A DNA stretch of 58,851 bases, filler included, from Sphacelaria rigidula (GCA_964200075.2; 9 parts of 9 records of this genome joined end to end with filler, not necessarily neighbours in it); one strand, 5' to 3'. Shown: positions 37,789 to 51,576, counted from the whole stretch's first letter. Numbers and translations are program-made. The notes: generated by a model not told the origin, from the sequence alone.

Positions 37789-39203
37789 GTGCTTTAGTCG
37801 CTTGCCCGGTACCGCAACCTTGTTCAATTCGACCTTTTTTCACAGTACAGTCAGGACCATTTTTGGAAATGCTTTCTCGATCTGCCCAGTAACATTGTTC
37901 ATCTGCAGGCAGGCGGGTGCTATGCTGACCTGAAAATGCCATCTCTCATATGGTGCCTTGGCTGAGGGCTGCTGCTTTTTTTTCTCCCGCTTCGCAGAGT
38001 TTCAGGTTATTATCATGCAGTATCATGCGGTCAGATCTTCGGACACGTCAAATGATCATTATACGAAGCTGTCGGTATATATTACAATTAAAGCAAGTGA
38101 TGGCGTGGAGTGCACCAGTCCATTGCCGAAAACATGATGGTCTGCCGTGAATGCATATGGATGAAACGAAACAGGCGTTCCATTATCTGCGAGTGGTCGA
38201 TTCAACTGTGTCGGCCGCCATGGCCCCACTGACCAAAAAGGACGCGGAGAGGCTGCGACGGGCTGCATCGCTTGCACTGGTGGAGAGCATGAATACGTGA
38301 GTCTCCAACAAGTTAAGGTGTTCATGTTGTCGTTACGAACGCCAAGCAAGAGCTATGACCGCTAGTTACTGTTGGGATGGCGAACATCGGTGTCCGGGTA
38401 CCACGAATCGTCCCTAACACCCTTTTTCATACGGTGGGGTAAATCACTTCACTTCCCAGGAATGCTTTGTTTTTTTTACGTTCGGTGGTCCCGTACCTCA
38501 CCCATCGAAACTATGTATCGAATGGGGGCTCTTTTCAAGAGCTTTCCAGCGCAGCTATCTACACATGTCACCCATTTCCTGTTGAGGGCTCCGAAACACG
38601 CGAAACCCATGTCGGAACAGTTAAAATGAGTTTTTTTCACAGTTTTCTTGACACTCACGATGTGACAAATCGGACGGGAATGGGCGAGAAGCCTGTGAAA
38701 TACAGCTTTCGATGAATACCTGGCCTATGCGGTGAATCGCACGACCACAGGGTGTTCAGAACGAGAGAAGATGTGGTACCGGTTTTTGCTACAGCATGGA
38801 CTTGCGAAACACGTACAGCGGACATTCTCCATTTCAGTTCCACCGCAGCGTGTAAGACCCACTTTTATGGCAACGAATATTGATTTGTACAAATATGAGG
38901 ATTTCAGCCCATCTACAGGCATTTTTCTCCCGTTGATTGATTTTTCGGACCCCAGTCCGTTGGGCATTGTCTTTCGGCTACAGGCTGGTTCACGCTTATC
39001 ACCCAAAAAACACTCATCGGCAAAACTTCACACTGTCTTCGGGAGTTCGGCTACTTCTTACAGGCTGGTTCACGGTGATCACCCAAAATTGTGTCATCAG
39101 CAAATGCCTTCCGCAATACGCACCCAATAGTCGCATATATGGTATCATACTGACCGCAATGAAGAGACGAAGAGGGCGACATATCCGAATTTTTATTCAA
39201 GGC

Positions 39204-39303
39204 NNNNNNNNNNNNNNNNNNNNNNNNNNNNNNNNNNNNNNNNNNNNTTAATTAATTAANNNNNNNNNNNNNNNNNNNNNNNNNNNNNNNNNNNNNNNNN
39301 NNN
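39204..39303. other. Artificial contig linker
   Basis: N44-TTAATTAATTAA-N44. Confidence 0.99.
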
Positions 39304-39358
39304 TGTAGGCATGCGAGGTCAATGGTTTTCTGACTTTGGCATGCATGAGCATGAGTAC
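39304..39358 (+). mobile_element. Family B 3' end followed by C-run
   Basis: ATGCGAGGTCAATGG...GCATGAGTAC-A-CCCCCCC. Confidence 0.85.
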
Positions 39359-41843
39359 ACCCCCCCTGCGCGCGCGCCCTCCTATGGTAAGATCACTCAT
39401 CAGGATGAGTTCTGATGCTTCCGATCCATGTACCTGTCGTTGAAAGCGTGGACACGCGAGTGGTGAACCAGTGTCAATCCAAGTGCGATTTTATATGGAA
39501 TCTTGCCGTGGTGTTAAGGCGCAGAGAAAGTCTTGGTGGACAGTGGCAACCCTGCTGAGGGCTTGATCTACAGTTCAGGGTTGGTTCTATTCGTTCCCTT
39601 CCACACTGACGTTCATATGATTTTGGATGCCTCATCAATGCCACCTGATTCTTGTTTTGAATATGGCCCATCCCCAACCCCAGCTCTGAGACGCCAGAGG
39701 ACTGAATCATTCAGGGATTGGGATACCTAGAGTTAGGGTATGGTAGCCCTAACTTCAACTTTAACCCCAATCTACAAAACACGAAATGACTAGCACTTGG
39801 AACAGTCCATGAAAGCCCAGTTGGCTGCGATGGTTCACGATGATACCTCGTGGCATTAGCCGATGGTTTGCAAATCGTACTCGTATGTTCATATCGTGTT
39901 GCTGAGTTTTTGGTTGGCTGTTGATCACGTAGGGAAGAAGGGACAGAAGCGTTTCCGTGTGTCCGTGAAGATATCCCGCATCGTCCAATACATCACGGTA
40001 CCTTCCATTGGTTTGCAATGACTGCTGGCGTCGTGTGTGTGAATTGTTGGTGCATGTATTATACTGTTTGGTGTCATCAAGGACCAATTCGCAGGTGTTT
40101 TTGTTTAAGTCGGATCTCAAACAAGCAAGTTATGTGTTCGGAGGCACGCGCCAACGAGTCCAGCATTGCTCGAAGCTCAGTTTCGATAGGCATGCTAGCT
40201 GTTCGCACCGTGAGCTCTCGCTGTATGTTGCATTAATGTTTGGTGTTGTCGGAACAGTTTGAAAAATGCTTGAAAACGTTCCACAGACAATACAAACGTG
40301 AAGAGGGCATACGTACTATTATGCTAGTTTTGTGGCGTCATGCAGATACGTATAACAGCGCGGGACATCAGAATCGTCATTTATTTTGTGTTGCTTGGCC
40401 TTCAAATTTGAACACGAAATTCGCGGGAATCCTTCATATACGGCGTACGATCTGCCCCTGTCGTTTGCATCTTTTTGGATAGTTTTCTCCTCATTCGTAC
40501 TGTCCTTTTCGCCCTCTTTTATTTTACGGGTCTCACATTTCGAAGAGATAGCGGGGAGGTTGTAGCCGTTACCCGCCGGGGACAGAAATTTGACTTGTTG
40601 ATGATCGAAAATGCCGGGACTTTCGGAAATTTCGAAAGACGGTTCTGCAACGACCAAGCGCGCATATGCGTTTACACAAAAATATAGCAAATGCGGGGAC
40701 GCGTTTGTTTCGTAAGCTTTCACTTTTGTCAGGGTATATACATCACACATGAACTTCGACAAATCGCAAAACGTGTATTTCTCTGAGCGTTTTGAGTTTT
40801 GCATGTGTTTCGTGGGGAAGTGATATTTTTGGGAAAGTATAGGCATGGAATATTTAGGTCGGCGAGAAGGAACGCGTTTCTGGAGAATCTATCATGCTCC
40901 TTCAGTGTATCAGCATGTGTGTACTCTTGCACACGTCGGACAACTGATGAGAGTGATGCTTTGGTAGGGATGACACTTTTTGGTTCTGGGACCTCTTTCT
41001 TGTAGGAGCCCAAATATCCTTCGGAGACCCGACTTCCAGGAACATGTTGTGTGCACGCGGGGGCCGTTTTGTTAAGTGGTATCATTTTCAGCCTTTTTCA
41101 AGTAAAAATGATGTCGATTCACAAAATGATCCCTCCAACACCCGAGCAGCCCCGAGAGCCCATGCAGCTAAAACAAGTGCACCCCTACCGTAGCGTCACT
41201 TATGAGTGAACTCAGCTACATGGTATAACTCAGAAAGAGGAAACTGGCACCACTGACTTATACAGGTATACGGTTCGACTCAATTCTGAGTGATACCATA
41301 ATTACTCAACTCGATTGAAGGTGAGTTGAGTTGTCAGACGTGTGTGCTCTTGGTCGTGGCAAATACATCGCGCCCGATATTCCCGAAAAGATTACGCACT
41401 GTCGATCATCGAAGGATGATGGTCATAAGAAGCACCCCTCCCCCCCCCCCCTCCCCCCGCATTTTGGTAACGCCGCCTATAAAAGTATCCTTCGTAATTT
41501 TTGGTGGTGCCGTCGCGAAAAATTAATGTGAACACATACAACACATATCATGCAGCGCCGATCATCATGGACATGCAAGAGAAAGCGAGAGCCTGGCGAA
41601 CGTTGTGCTCTGTCGAGGGTTTTGTCGAAGACCCCTTGTCTCGAGATGTTGAAGGAGCCGTGAGACAAGGAGTCACTGTTTGTGCACGATATGGACACAG
41701 TAGCTCCGCAACAACAGCACCGTACACTACCTTTTTTGCAACAGCTTTGAAAAGTTCGGCCGGCTTTCGCTCTTGAAAGACAGCTGCAGCCACCTGCAGT
41801 AATGTTGGCGCCGATGCAGATTGCCGTACCTACCCCAAAAAGG

Positions 41844-42032
41844 GTGTAATGCGTGAGAGGACCGCGTGCTTAGAGGACCGCGCCGTACTTCAAAACAACT
41901 CAGGATCGACGTTTTTCAAGATCATTTGGGCCAGTCCCTGCACGTACCACGCCCCTAACCTTAACCCTAACCACAGGAATGTTTAAATTCCGGTGCGGTC
42001 CTCTAAGCACGCGACCCTCTCACGCATTACAG
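41844..42032. mobile_element. MITE, second copy of the 4925-5133 family
   Basis: Same TIRs and body. Internal CCCTAACCTTAACCCTAACC. Confidence 0.85.
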
Positions 42033-44012
42033 TCGGTATGTATGTGTGTTGCATGTCTTCACTGGATACAGCGGCGAGAGAGAGTTAAGTGTGCCGTCGC
42101 TCTCCACTGAACACAAGTTGCTTCATGCTGGTGATGCCTTTGCCTAGTGCTCATCAACAACCCGACAGGGTGAAGCTATGCTGGCACCACATAGGGGATC
42201 AGGCAGGCGGCGTAGGCCACGAGCAGAATACAAAATAATTATTTCTACCCATCTAATCTATGGTTGATTTCCCATGACCGAAATGAGCCGTGCGGGTAGA
42301 CAGCGAAGTAGTCCAATGTAGTCCACCCGAACCGGAAGAATGCGCTCATTTTGACGACCATAATTGGTCAGAATGGGCATCCCGTACCTCTCGCGGCCTC
42401 GTGCACGGCTCATAATTTTCCTCGGGAAACTTACAAACATAAATGTTGACTTGGTGAGCTTTTTGGCTCCTCTGCGGACACCCCCCCCCCCCCTTAAAAA
42501 CCCCACCACCCGCCCCACGGAAACTCCCTACCGTCTCCGGAGTCTCCNNNNNNNNNNACGGGCCTTAATTTTCCCCGGGGAAATTTAAAACAAAAAATTT
42601 TGTCTGGGGGGGTTTTTTGGCCCTCCGGGGGGCCCCCCCCCCCCCCCCCTTAAAAACCACACCACCCGGCCACTGGAAACTCCCTAACGTCTCCGGATTA
42701 TCATTCTGTGAAACGGTTCCGAAGCGACGCTCGCTGTGTAAGGCTTAAAGGCACCGTGGATGTGAAACAAAAAGGTTCAACTATTTCTTGAAAGACGATC
42801 CTTTTAGTTTCCAACAGTACATTTATTTCACTGCCATATCGGAATAATGACCTCTTTTTTACAAGGAAGCGTTTCTCCAACAAGAAGAACGGGTTCCCGA
42901 TGAACAAAAAGCGGGGCTAGTAGTGGTGCTTGGAGGCCAGACGATACCCTGAGAAAAAAACATTTTTGCGGCAACAAATATCTCCGTGCACGCTCGATAT
43001 GGAAAGAGCATGTATCTTCACTGCTGAAACGTTCATGGCCGTTCTCAATGCGCCATTGAGGTAGAATCTAAGGGTGCCTGTTGCTTCTGACAGCATTGGT
43101 GAACATGTTTAGTCGGCCTGGGACGTTTTCGGGGAGTTGAACTTTGTGTAGAACATGACGCTTGGATATACCTGTAGAAAGGCGTCCCAAATTTCGTGAG
43201 GGGGTTGTCATAGTCGCACGGCACTGCTGATACACGTCCGTATTGTCGAGTGTTGTCCTGTGGGTCTGCGGTTTTGAAAGTAATGTATCCTGCGACACTC
43301 CCTTTTGGAGGTGGGTACGATTAACGTGCCGAAATACGTCATTCATATATATATAGAAACATACAAGCCGCACTGGACCCGGGGCTCGCCCCGGTCCCGT
43401 CCGTCTTTTTCGAGGGTCTCGGTATTCTGACCTTGCCAAGCCCTCGTGAAAGCCCTCGTGAGAATATATCCTTTCTCAAAATAGTGTTCATGCCCGCCGG
43501 AAACATTGCAGGACCACCGCGATCGCGCGTCCGTTCGCACGGTCGCAAACGCATGTATACCTCCGCACAAAGTAAAGTACAAATTCGCTAAACGGACTCC
43601 TAGCATTGGCATTGGCCCGAACAGTCATCTCCCCGGGCGGATGCGAAGGAACTTGCACACTGAAATCAGCGTTGAATCTCGAGGACGCCTCGTTACGAAG
43701 TATGCCTTACGCTCGTGAGTTCGAAATATTCTAGATATGTATACTATACTGCGTATAAAACATACCACAGGGGCAACTAGGCTCGATTTTGCACCCTCAA
43801 TTGAGAGTGGCGTGTTAGCCGCTTTGGCAAAAAACTCCAGTCAGCACGAGAACGTCGTCGGAAACGTTTCTCAGCACAACTGCTTGTTACCGCATTCCAC
43901 TCTCTAAAAGAGGTCTTTGTGAAGCATTTGAGTAGGTGGAAATAGACTATACTGTTGTATATATTAACCGTGCTGCCGTGTCTCTCTCCGTCGTGCTTCT
44001 CCTCACAAGCAG

Positions 44013-44084
44013 GCTCTATCCCGCCCGCGCTCGGCAACCTCAAAGCCCTCACAGTCTTGTCGCTGTACTACAACGGTCTATCTG
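44013..44084 (+). CDS. 72-nt phase 1-1 exon encoding one 24-aa leucine-rich repeat
   Basis: cag|GC TCT ATC...TCT G|gtgagt encodes (G)SIPPALGNLKALTVLSLYYNGLS(G), matching the plant-type LRR consensus GxIPxxLGxLxxLxxLxLxxNxLxG. Confidence 0.93.
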
Positions 44085-44677
44085 GTGAGTCATGGCGGTT
44101 CATGTGGAAGGTACGCACTACTAGCGTGGTCAACAGTCAGTTTCAATTTGCTGTAGATGTCGATACGGCACGCGTCGTTAGGGCATGAATGGATCTAACG
44201 GATTGTGCCGTCAGAGTTGGTGTCGTGTGTTGAGGGGAAGAGAAGCGGGAGACATAATGGATAGAGATGTCGATGGGGGTCGTGTATTCCGCGTGAAGGT
44301 GGACGTGCCAAACGAGAAGATGGTATAACGATGCAAGATCTCACCATGACAGGTCTGTTGATCAGCCATAATGGTGTCTTGTTCTCCACGCCATTGCACA
44401 AAACTTTATGATGAAGTGTCAGGCTCCAATCGTGCAACGATACGTCTCGGGATTAGAGTTATGGTTGAGGTGAAGTACAGTGCTGCGCGACTGGAGTGTG
44501 ATGCGGTGTGTCTCAGCTCACGAGCTAACCTGACTGCCAAAATCGACCAGCTCACGGTGAGTCGGACGGAATTTTGGCACGCTGACGGCACGGAAGTTCA
44601 AGGGGTAGGCTTAGTATCATGTAAAAAATGAGAATGGCCATCTCTCAGACCTTGACCTGACCTTTTCCACATGCTGC

Positions 44678-44900
44678 GTGTGTGTTGTCATCTCATCTAT
44701 TCTGGACGCCAGTCTACACCCTTTCGGTATGTGGGCGCAGCAGCCGGGTTCACACAGGAGGAAAGCCAACACACGAGTTTCTTTGGTTTTTTAGTTGTGT
44801 GAGCACTGTAAGGTTCCTTCTGCGATGCTTCCCTTATTATCGCGAGGAGGGTTAAGTGATCCGTTTCCCTCGTCCACCGTGAAGGATCACTTTGCGTACC
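44678..44900 (-). mobile_element. SINE fragment with (CA)n tail
   Basis: Homologous to 54077-54385 (CAGCCGGG.TCACACAGGAGGAA core). Confidence 0.75.
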
Positions 44901-45753
44901 CTTCACCGGTGGGCATAATGATGAGTGAAACTCCGAGATAGATCGTGTGACTTAATCGAGATTCGAAGCTACGTGCCAACCATCAGAAGCAACAAGCTTA
45001 AGGTTACCAACATTGCCGCTGCGGTGATCATCTACCCTATGAATTAGGTACATCATAAAATGCCTGCAGACGACTCATAAACTTTGACCCTGGTGACACT
45101 GAGATGTACGACTGCTTGCGCTGTGACAAGAAGCTTTTAGGGTGAAATCGCGATAGAAAAATAATGGTCGAAATAATCATGGACTGCACACCCGACCCAT
45201 GAGTGAAAACAGGCGGTTGAATCCTCAAGCCTTGTTTTTTACTAGAAATTAACTGCAGGCTAAAAAATACTCTTCAAAATCGGCCACGAGGTGGGAAACA
45301 GAGATGAGGAACATGCTAGTCTTAACCACAAGTAGGTAAAGATGACGTTTGGGTATTGCTGCCAGGTGGTCAACAGTTAGCAGGAACAACCTAACCTGTA
45401 CTGTACCTGTTAACCGAGATTACCGTCGTACAAAGAACTCAATATCAACAGGAAGTGAAACAGGTGTGACTTGACATTTTTTACAGGCGATGCCTGCTTC
45501 ATCATCCGAGTAAGTATATCGAGGATGGTACCCCAAATCCTCGTTCGTCTAGCAAAGCTATCAGGAACAGCATTTATCCAATCTTCGCAAAATGATTGGG
45601 TGATGGTTTTGCTTGTCATGCGGCCTTGCGTGTTTCTCTGTTTTACTCTTGTTTTTTCCGTGCTGCGTCACAAGGCATAGTCCGGCCTTTAACAGCCGAT
45701 CATCTATGTTGAGGATGGTGCTTTTCATTGAGGATGAGAACCCGGAGGATTAA

Positions 45754-45853
45754 NNNNNNNNNNNNNNNNNNNNNNNNNNNNNNNNNNNNNNNNNNNNTTA
45801 ATTAATTAANNNNNNNNNNNNNNNNNNNNNNNNNNNNNNNNNNNNNNNNNNNN
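45754..45853. other. Artificial contig linker
   Basis: N44-TTAATTAATTAA-N44. Confidence 0.99.
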
Positions 45854-46210
45854 CAGAAACACTGCGCAGGGTACGTAAACCCTGTAGACCCCCTCCACAG
45901 GGTGTTATCTGTCCATGTGTGCTTGTTGTGTAGAGTATACTGTATGCGTGCTATAAAGGCTGCACAGCATATTAACAGCGATGAATTCTGCACGGCGTGA
46001 CGAAACCCTGTGAAGCGCCCTATGTGGCAGAAAATAATACCCTAAACTCAAATCCCCGCGAGAAACCCTGCACAGTTTCCCTGAACCCTGTTAAGCATCC
46101 TGTGAGGCTCAAAAAACAAACTGCAGCCAGATCCCTGCGAGAAACACTGAACAGTTTCCCTGAACCCTGTAGACGTGCCCCACAGGATGCTATTTGTCCA
46201 CGTGTGCATC
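45854..46210. repeat. Degenerate (AAACCCTGT)-motif repeat region
   Basis: Recurrent AAACCCTG/GAACCCTGT motifs. The ~65-bp block at 45856 recurs at 46141. Confidence 0.7.
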
Positions 46211-47308
46211 TGCCGCTTTCATATTTCAGTATCGATTGTATACGGCTTTTGCATCTTTCGTTCACGGGTCGTTGAGTAATTTAACCCATGCTTCCCCAAC
46301 AGGTGACCACTGACACGTGTACACGAGATTTGTACCCGTTCTGGCACCTTCGCTGCGTCGCGATATACGTCACTCGTAGCTAGTTTGTTGCTGTTTTCTT
46401 CAAGTGTACTACGCACACCTGTAGAGCAGCGCTGTACATCACCGTGATAATTGACAATACACAATACAACAGACTGTGAGGTTTTTCTCATCGACCTCCT
46501 CTCGACCAAAGGAATAATTAATTGTTCCCGGACCGTTTCGTCGCGATAATACTAGCTCGTAACATCCCAGGCCTACACTACGTGCTCACTTGGAGCACAC
46601 GGCACTCAAAACCTGTACCCCTTGGATGTGTACCACTTTTTCGGCACACGCCCTCAGCGTTGCCCATGCTGCACACTACTTCAACTTTGTTTCTATACGT
46701 ACGTTGCCTCACCTCCGTTGTGTAACAAGCCTTCGTGCTGCACTACGCAGTCTGATCTTACGGTCTCCATCCCAAGCTTTGTAGAAGCTGTTGTGCTGCC
46801 CTACGACGCACGATCCTTCGGTGCTCATCCTAACTTTTTATTGAACACCGCCAGTCGCTTCTCAGCTTGTACCGGGATAATACAGTTATAGTCTGCCCCC
46901 TTGACGCCGCCACCAGAACACGTGTGAGCTGTACTACGTTCAGGTACCAACGCTGCTACAGACAATTGGACTTGCGCATTTTTCGACGCCGTACGTCTGT
47001 TCTGTGCGCAATCCTGAGCTTCCGTTGATATAGCTATCACCGCTCACCGCCACAACTTAGATAGTTGTATTCGACCAGACCTCCGACATTGTTGTTACAT
47101 ACAGCAATTAGCTTGAAAAATAATACTCGAATTCGTCAGGTTGCCAAGGTCCCTCCAGGCGCTAACAGGCTTCATTATCCCATATTTTCGGACACAAGCT
47201 TCGGTCGTTGCACTTAGCATTTCTTGGTGTCACGCTCCTTTGATTACAACCCGACGACCATACATCCTGCTCCTACCTTTATAAGCACACAAGTTGCGTG
47301 CGACTACC

Positions 47309-50300
47309 ATGTCGCACAGACATAACGCTGGCTCTTCCCCTCAATTGGAAAACCAATCGCTTCGTCGGACACGAAGTCAAACCACTGGCGGTTCGAAATC
47401 TTTTGATATGAGTGTCACCTAAGCTTCAACTATTCGACGCACGTACGCGAGCGCTGTTCGATCTTCAGGATCTGAAGACCAACCTCCGAGCGATGCTCGT
47501 TCTTCCAGGCTTGAAGAAAAGATTATGCATCGCACTTCATCGGCGTCGGCACACACGCCAGTCTCAGCTCTAATCAAGGTTTTTACAGCTATATGCCAGA
47601 CCACGCTCCAAGACCAATCGGCGTCTGCTCACGTGCAAATGAACGATGATTCTGCACCTGCCACGCTCAAACCCGTACGTTTGGCGCCCCGATCGGCGAC
47701 ATTGCGTCCTCCGATCGTCTCTCATGAAAAATTCAACGAAAACGAGTCCAGCCCCTCCTCCACTTCAAACCAAAGTCTTGCTCGCGCTCCTGAACGGCGC
47801 CGCACACCGACAGTTAGTCACGACCACGTCACCCGTGCTGGCAGTTTGAAGGACAACTCCCAGCACAGCTTGAATGCATCGCGCGTTTTCACACGCCCGA
47901 AGAATGTCGCTCATGGTCGCACACATGACGGTAGTTCACGACACAGTTCCAATTCATCGCGCGCTCTGAAGCGCCCGGTGAATGCCGACCGTGACCGTAC
48001 TCACGAGGATGATTCGCTGCACAGATCAAGTTCATCACGCGTTCACTCATGCTCGAAGAACATCGATCATGCAACCGTGCGCACCCCTCCTGCTCCGCAT
48101 CCATCACGCCGCCGTCATTTACGCAATGATAATACTGTACATGCTGACGATATCCAAAATATGTTTTCGGACATGTCACCGGCCATTGAATGCTCAATTG
48201 AGGGATCCAGCCGTACTTCATCGCATAACCGACGACACTGCAATGACCGCGACCCCCCGTCCCGCCCTGATGCTGCGATTATTCGCTCCCTGCAACAACG
48301 ACTTATAGATCTCGGGCAAGAACCATCTAGGACAAAAACTGGAGAACAAAAGAGTCACCCCCGCCGCTGCTACCAAGGCCGCCGCTGCTGCCGCCGCCAC
48401 TACCGCTACCGCCGCCGCTGCCACGGCCGCTGCAGGCTCTCACCACCCCGACTCCGACCACCGTTGCCGCCCCGTCTGCCAACGACACAGACGCCGATAG
48501 TGGCCCAACCACCGGTCGTGGCACGGATGCCCCCGTGCCCCCGCCCCAGTTTGTGGAGGATCTCCCTCCGCTCGGCGACGAGCACTGCCCGACCGGCTCT
48601 CTCTCGAGGCTGTTCAGGAACCGCCCCCGTGCGGAAAAGTTGGAGCTCATAGATGATTACGTCTCGCAAGCGCCAGCGCTGGCCAAGGACGTACTGGAGC
48701 AACAACGGGAGGCCGACGCCGCTGCTGCACGCCTCCTGGCCGAAGAGCACGCGGACAAGCATCGAGACCTTCAGCGCCAGGCTTCACGCGCCCAAACCAC
48801 GAACTCCACGTCTCAACGCGCCCTGGTGGAGGGTCGCACTGGTGCGTTGGCGGCCCAGAAGCGCGCGAAGGACCTCGAGGACCATGTCCGTAGGACTGCC
48901 CACGAAGCAGCCACGTCGGTGGCCCGCCTCACAAACCATCAGGCCTCTCCGCCGGCCATCGGCAACCCGCTCGGTGGTCGCTCTTCCCCCCAGCCCACGA
49001 TCGACAGGTCAACTTACGTTATTCCACGTGAGTCCGACAATACGTCGTATGCTACGCCCGCTGCCGTCCACAAGACGGTCCCAACACGTCCGCCTCGTGC
49101 AGCTAGCTCGGCGGCCGATGCCGGCCCGACACCAGGCCTGTAACTGGCGCCTCACAAAAAAACGTGGCTTTCTCGTTCCGCGGCCGATTTTACCGACCCG
49201 TTCACCAGGAACAACCACCTGCGCTGCTCCCGCCAAGCTTGGTACTTGGTGTCACAACGCCTGCACCACGACATTGGTCTTTACGTGGACCAGGGGGGCT
49301 TCTTCCCCGACCAGGGCGTACCGTCCCTCACCTTGGGCCAACTTGTTATGCAAATGACCATCGGCGACCACCCTGCTCACCATCATCACATCGACACTGT
49401 AATCGGCCTATTTGCGGCACTACGTGCCGCTTGCCCCTCGAATGTCAGCGCCACGATCGCCGACGACGACGAGGGTGACGATGGTTGGACTCCCACGAGT
49501 GTCAACTGCAGAGGCAAGAACAAGAACTGCCGGCGGGATGACGACGACAACGATCGAGGAGGCCCACGCCGCCGCCATGGCGGCGGAGGATCCTCGGGCA
49601 GTTCCGGATCGAACCGCCTGGTCCACAATAACCGCGGCCGGACGGGGAAGAAAACAGGAGGCAGTTTTTTCCGATCTTCCGCGCCAGATTGGAACCGGTC
49701 TAGCACAGACCTGCCCCCCTCGGATTCGGTGCCACTCAGGCAAGTGATACCTAAGTTGGCCGATGTTTCGGGTCGCATTTTGGGTGTATCTGATTCAGAC
49801 ACACCAGACCGTCCATTGTCTTCTACTGCAGCCCGCGCTTTAGCAACCGCTACGGTCGACAACAAACGTTCCGAAGCTAGTAAAAAACAGCTCCCGATAG
49901 AGTCGAGTCTGCCCGAGTAGCTGCAATACAGAAACAATATATCCAGGTGGACGTGAGAAGGGTTTGGCATATCAAAAACATGCCTGCTGCGGATAACGAA
50001 GATTCAGGACACTTTACTTCTGCCCTCGTCACATCCATTCGCCGTACAGTTTGCAATATCTTTCACGTGGCGGATGCAACTGGCGTCCAACGCTTTGAAG
50101 ATCCCAATTGGGTAGACGGCTGGCAGACCCCGTTGCACAAAGCATTGCATCGATCCATCAGCCGCCACTCTCCCGACATCGCTGCTTCTTGAACACAGAT
50201 CCTCGACGGCTTCCTCGCCGAAATGGATCCGGCTCGTGCCCAGGGGAAGATAGGCCCGGTATTGCTCTCTCATCTGGAGAGGCGTCTGATAGGTTACTTT

Positions 50301-51140
50301 GACAAAAGTGACCAAGCGAGTGCCATCCAGAGGCTAAGTTCTTTTGCTGTCGCATCGGATGTCCCCTTCGCGGATTCTCTCGGTGAATTTGAGCTTTTAG
50401 TCTCCGGTACTACGGGTGTCGGACGCCGAAACGGACCGAGTGACGCAATGTGTCAGACTTGCGCTCGCAATAGCGTTTCTCAGCAGTGTCCGGCTCTTAT
50501 GCCGTCGTTGTTTCCGGGTGTCTTGGCGCATCGCGAGGTGCCTTACACCCTCGTTGACGCTATGTGGTCTGCTTTTGTACACCAAGAGGGTAATCTAACG
50601 CCCGCCATACGTGGCAAACCTTCTACGTCTCTGCATTCACAACCTACGGTTGTGTCCTCCGCTCATTCCCAAGGGTCTCGCGGCAGGAATTCGAGCTCAT
50701 CTCGCGCTTCATGGACCCCCGACTCGGTCGTCAGTTCAGTTATGCATGTTCAGAGTACCAGAGATGCATTCAGCACGAATTTTGATGGTTGGCCGTTTTC
50801 CGAGGAAACTTGGGATGATGTTTATTTGACTTTAAGAACGGCATTCATAACCGATGATCCCCATTTGTGGAATCTACTTCTTTCGTCTCCTGCTAGACGC
50901 AATGCCTTCAGCAGTCATGCCAACAGTTGCATCAAATGTAGTGTTCAAGACCACAGTATGCGCGACTGCGACAGTCCATGCTTCAATGCCTTTGGTCTCA
51001 TGAACTCTGAATTGCAGGACAATGAATCCGCGTGGCGACGATGGCAAAAACGCATGCGCGACTATCGCCCACCAAATCGAAATTACCGTAACAATTCGAA
51101 TCAACGTGGCGACAAAAGCTCTAATCGCGGTCGCCGATAA
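47309..51140 (+). mobile_element. gag: Decayed gag-like ORF of a retrotransposon, interrupted by stops, a frameshift and a 1.37-kb insert
   Basis: CX2CX4HX4C knuckle CIKCSVQDHSMRDC in ORF 50223-51140, followed by an R/N-rich tail. Upstream ORF pieces join across single lesions. 26-aa internal repeats at ~47878-48070. Confidence 0.8.
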
Positions 51141-51350
51141 AACAACAATCACGCAAGCCCTCGCCAGAACGATCAAAATTCTCGCAACAACAAAGGTTCG
51201 GCTGATGGACACCAGCGGACGGGACCGACTCAAAGCTTGAATCCCAACACCAGAAACCCTGGTACCTTCACTACGGATCGCATAGATTGATGACGTGCCG
51301 ACGCGGGCGTTCTAAAGTCTTCCGCGCCGCCGACAGCACGAGCAAAGACT

Positions 51351-51576
51351 TTCTCAACACAGCCCGCGTAGTCCGTGACCAAGATTACTCACCCGACTCC
51401 CCCGGCATTATCCAGGAGCGCAACTGACAGCCGTTCAAATCGATCCCCGTCTCCAACCTCCACACACTTTTCAATACAGCCCGCAGAGCCCGTGACTAAG
51501 ATTGTTCGCCTGGCTCCCCCGGCACTATGCAGGAGCGCAACTGACGGCCGTTCATATCGACCCCCGTCTTCACCCC
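51351..51576. repeat. Tandem duplication, 117-bp unit x2
   Basis: Units start at 51351 and 51468 (CAGCCCGC...CAGGAGCGCAACTGAC...CCCCGTCT). Confidence 0.9.

Noticed and set aside
42460..42700. Direct repeat around a 10-N gap (similar patterns at 11460-11640 and 57100-57310)
   Set aside because: It looks like low-quality read ends after poly(C) duplicated across a scaffold gap, so an assembly artefact. Homopolymer lengths there are unreliable.
46470..47235. 5' LTR and PBS (TGGTGTCAC at ~47226) for the gag element
   Set aside because: The position is plausible, but there is no second LTR and no clear inverted termini in the contig to verify it.
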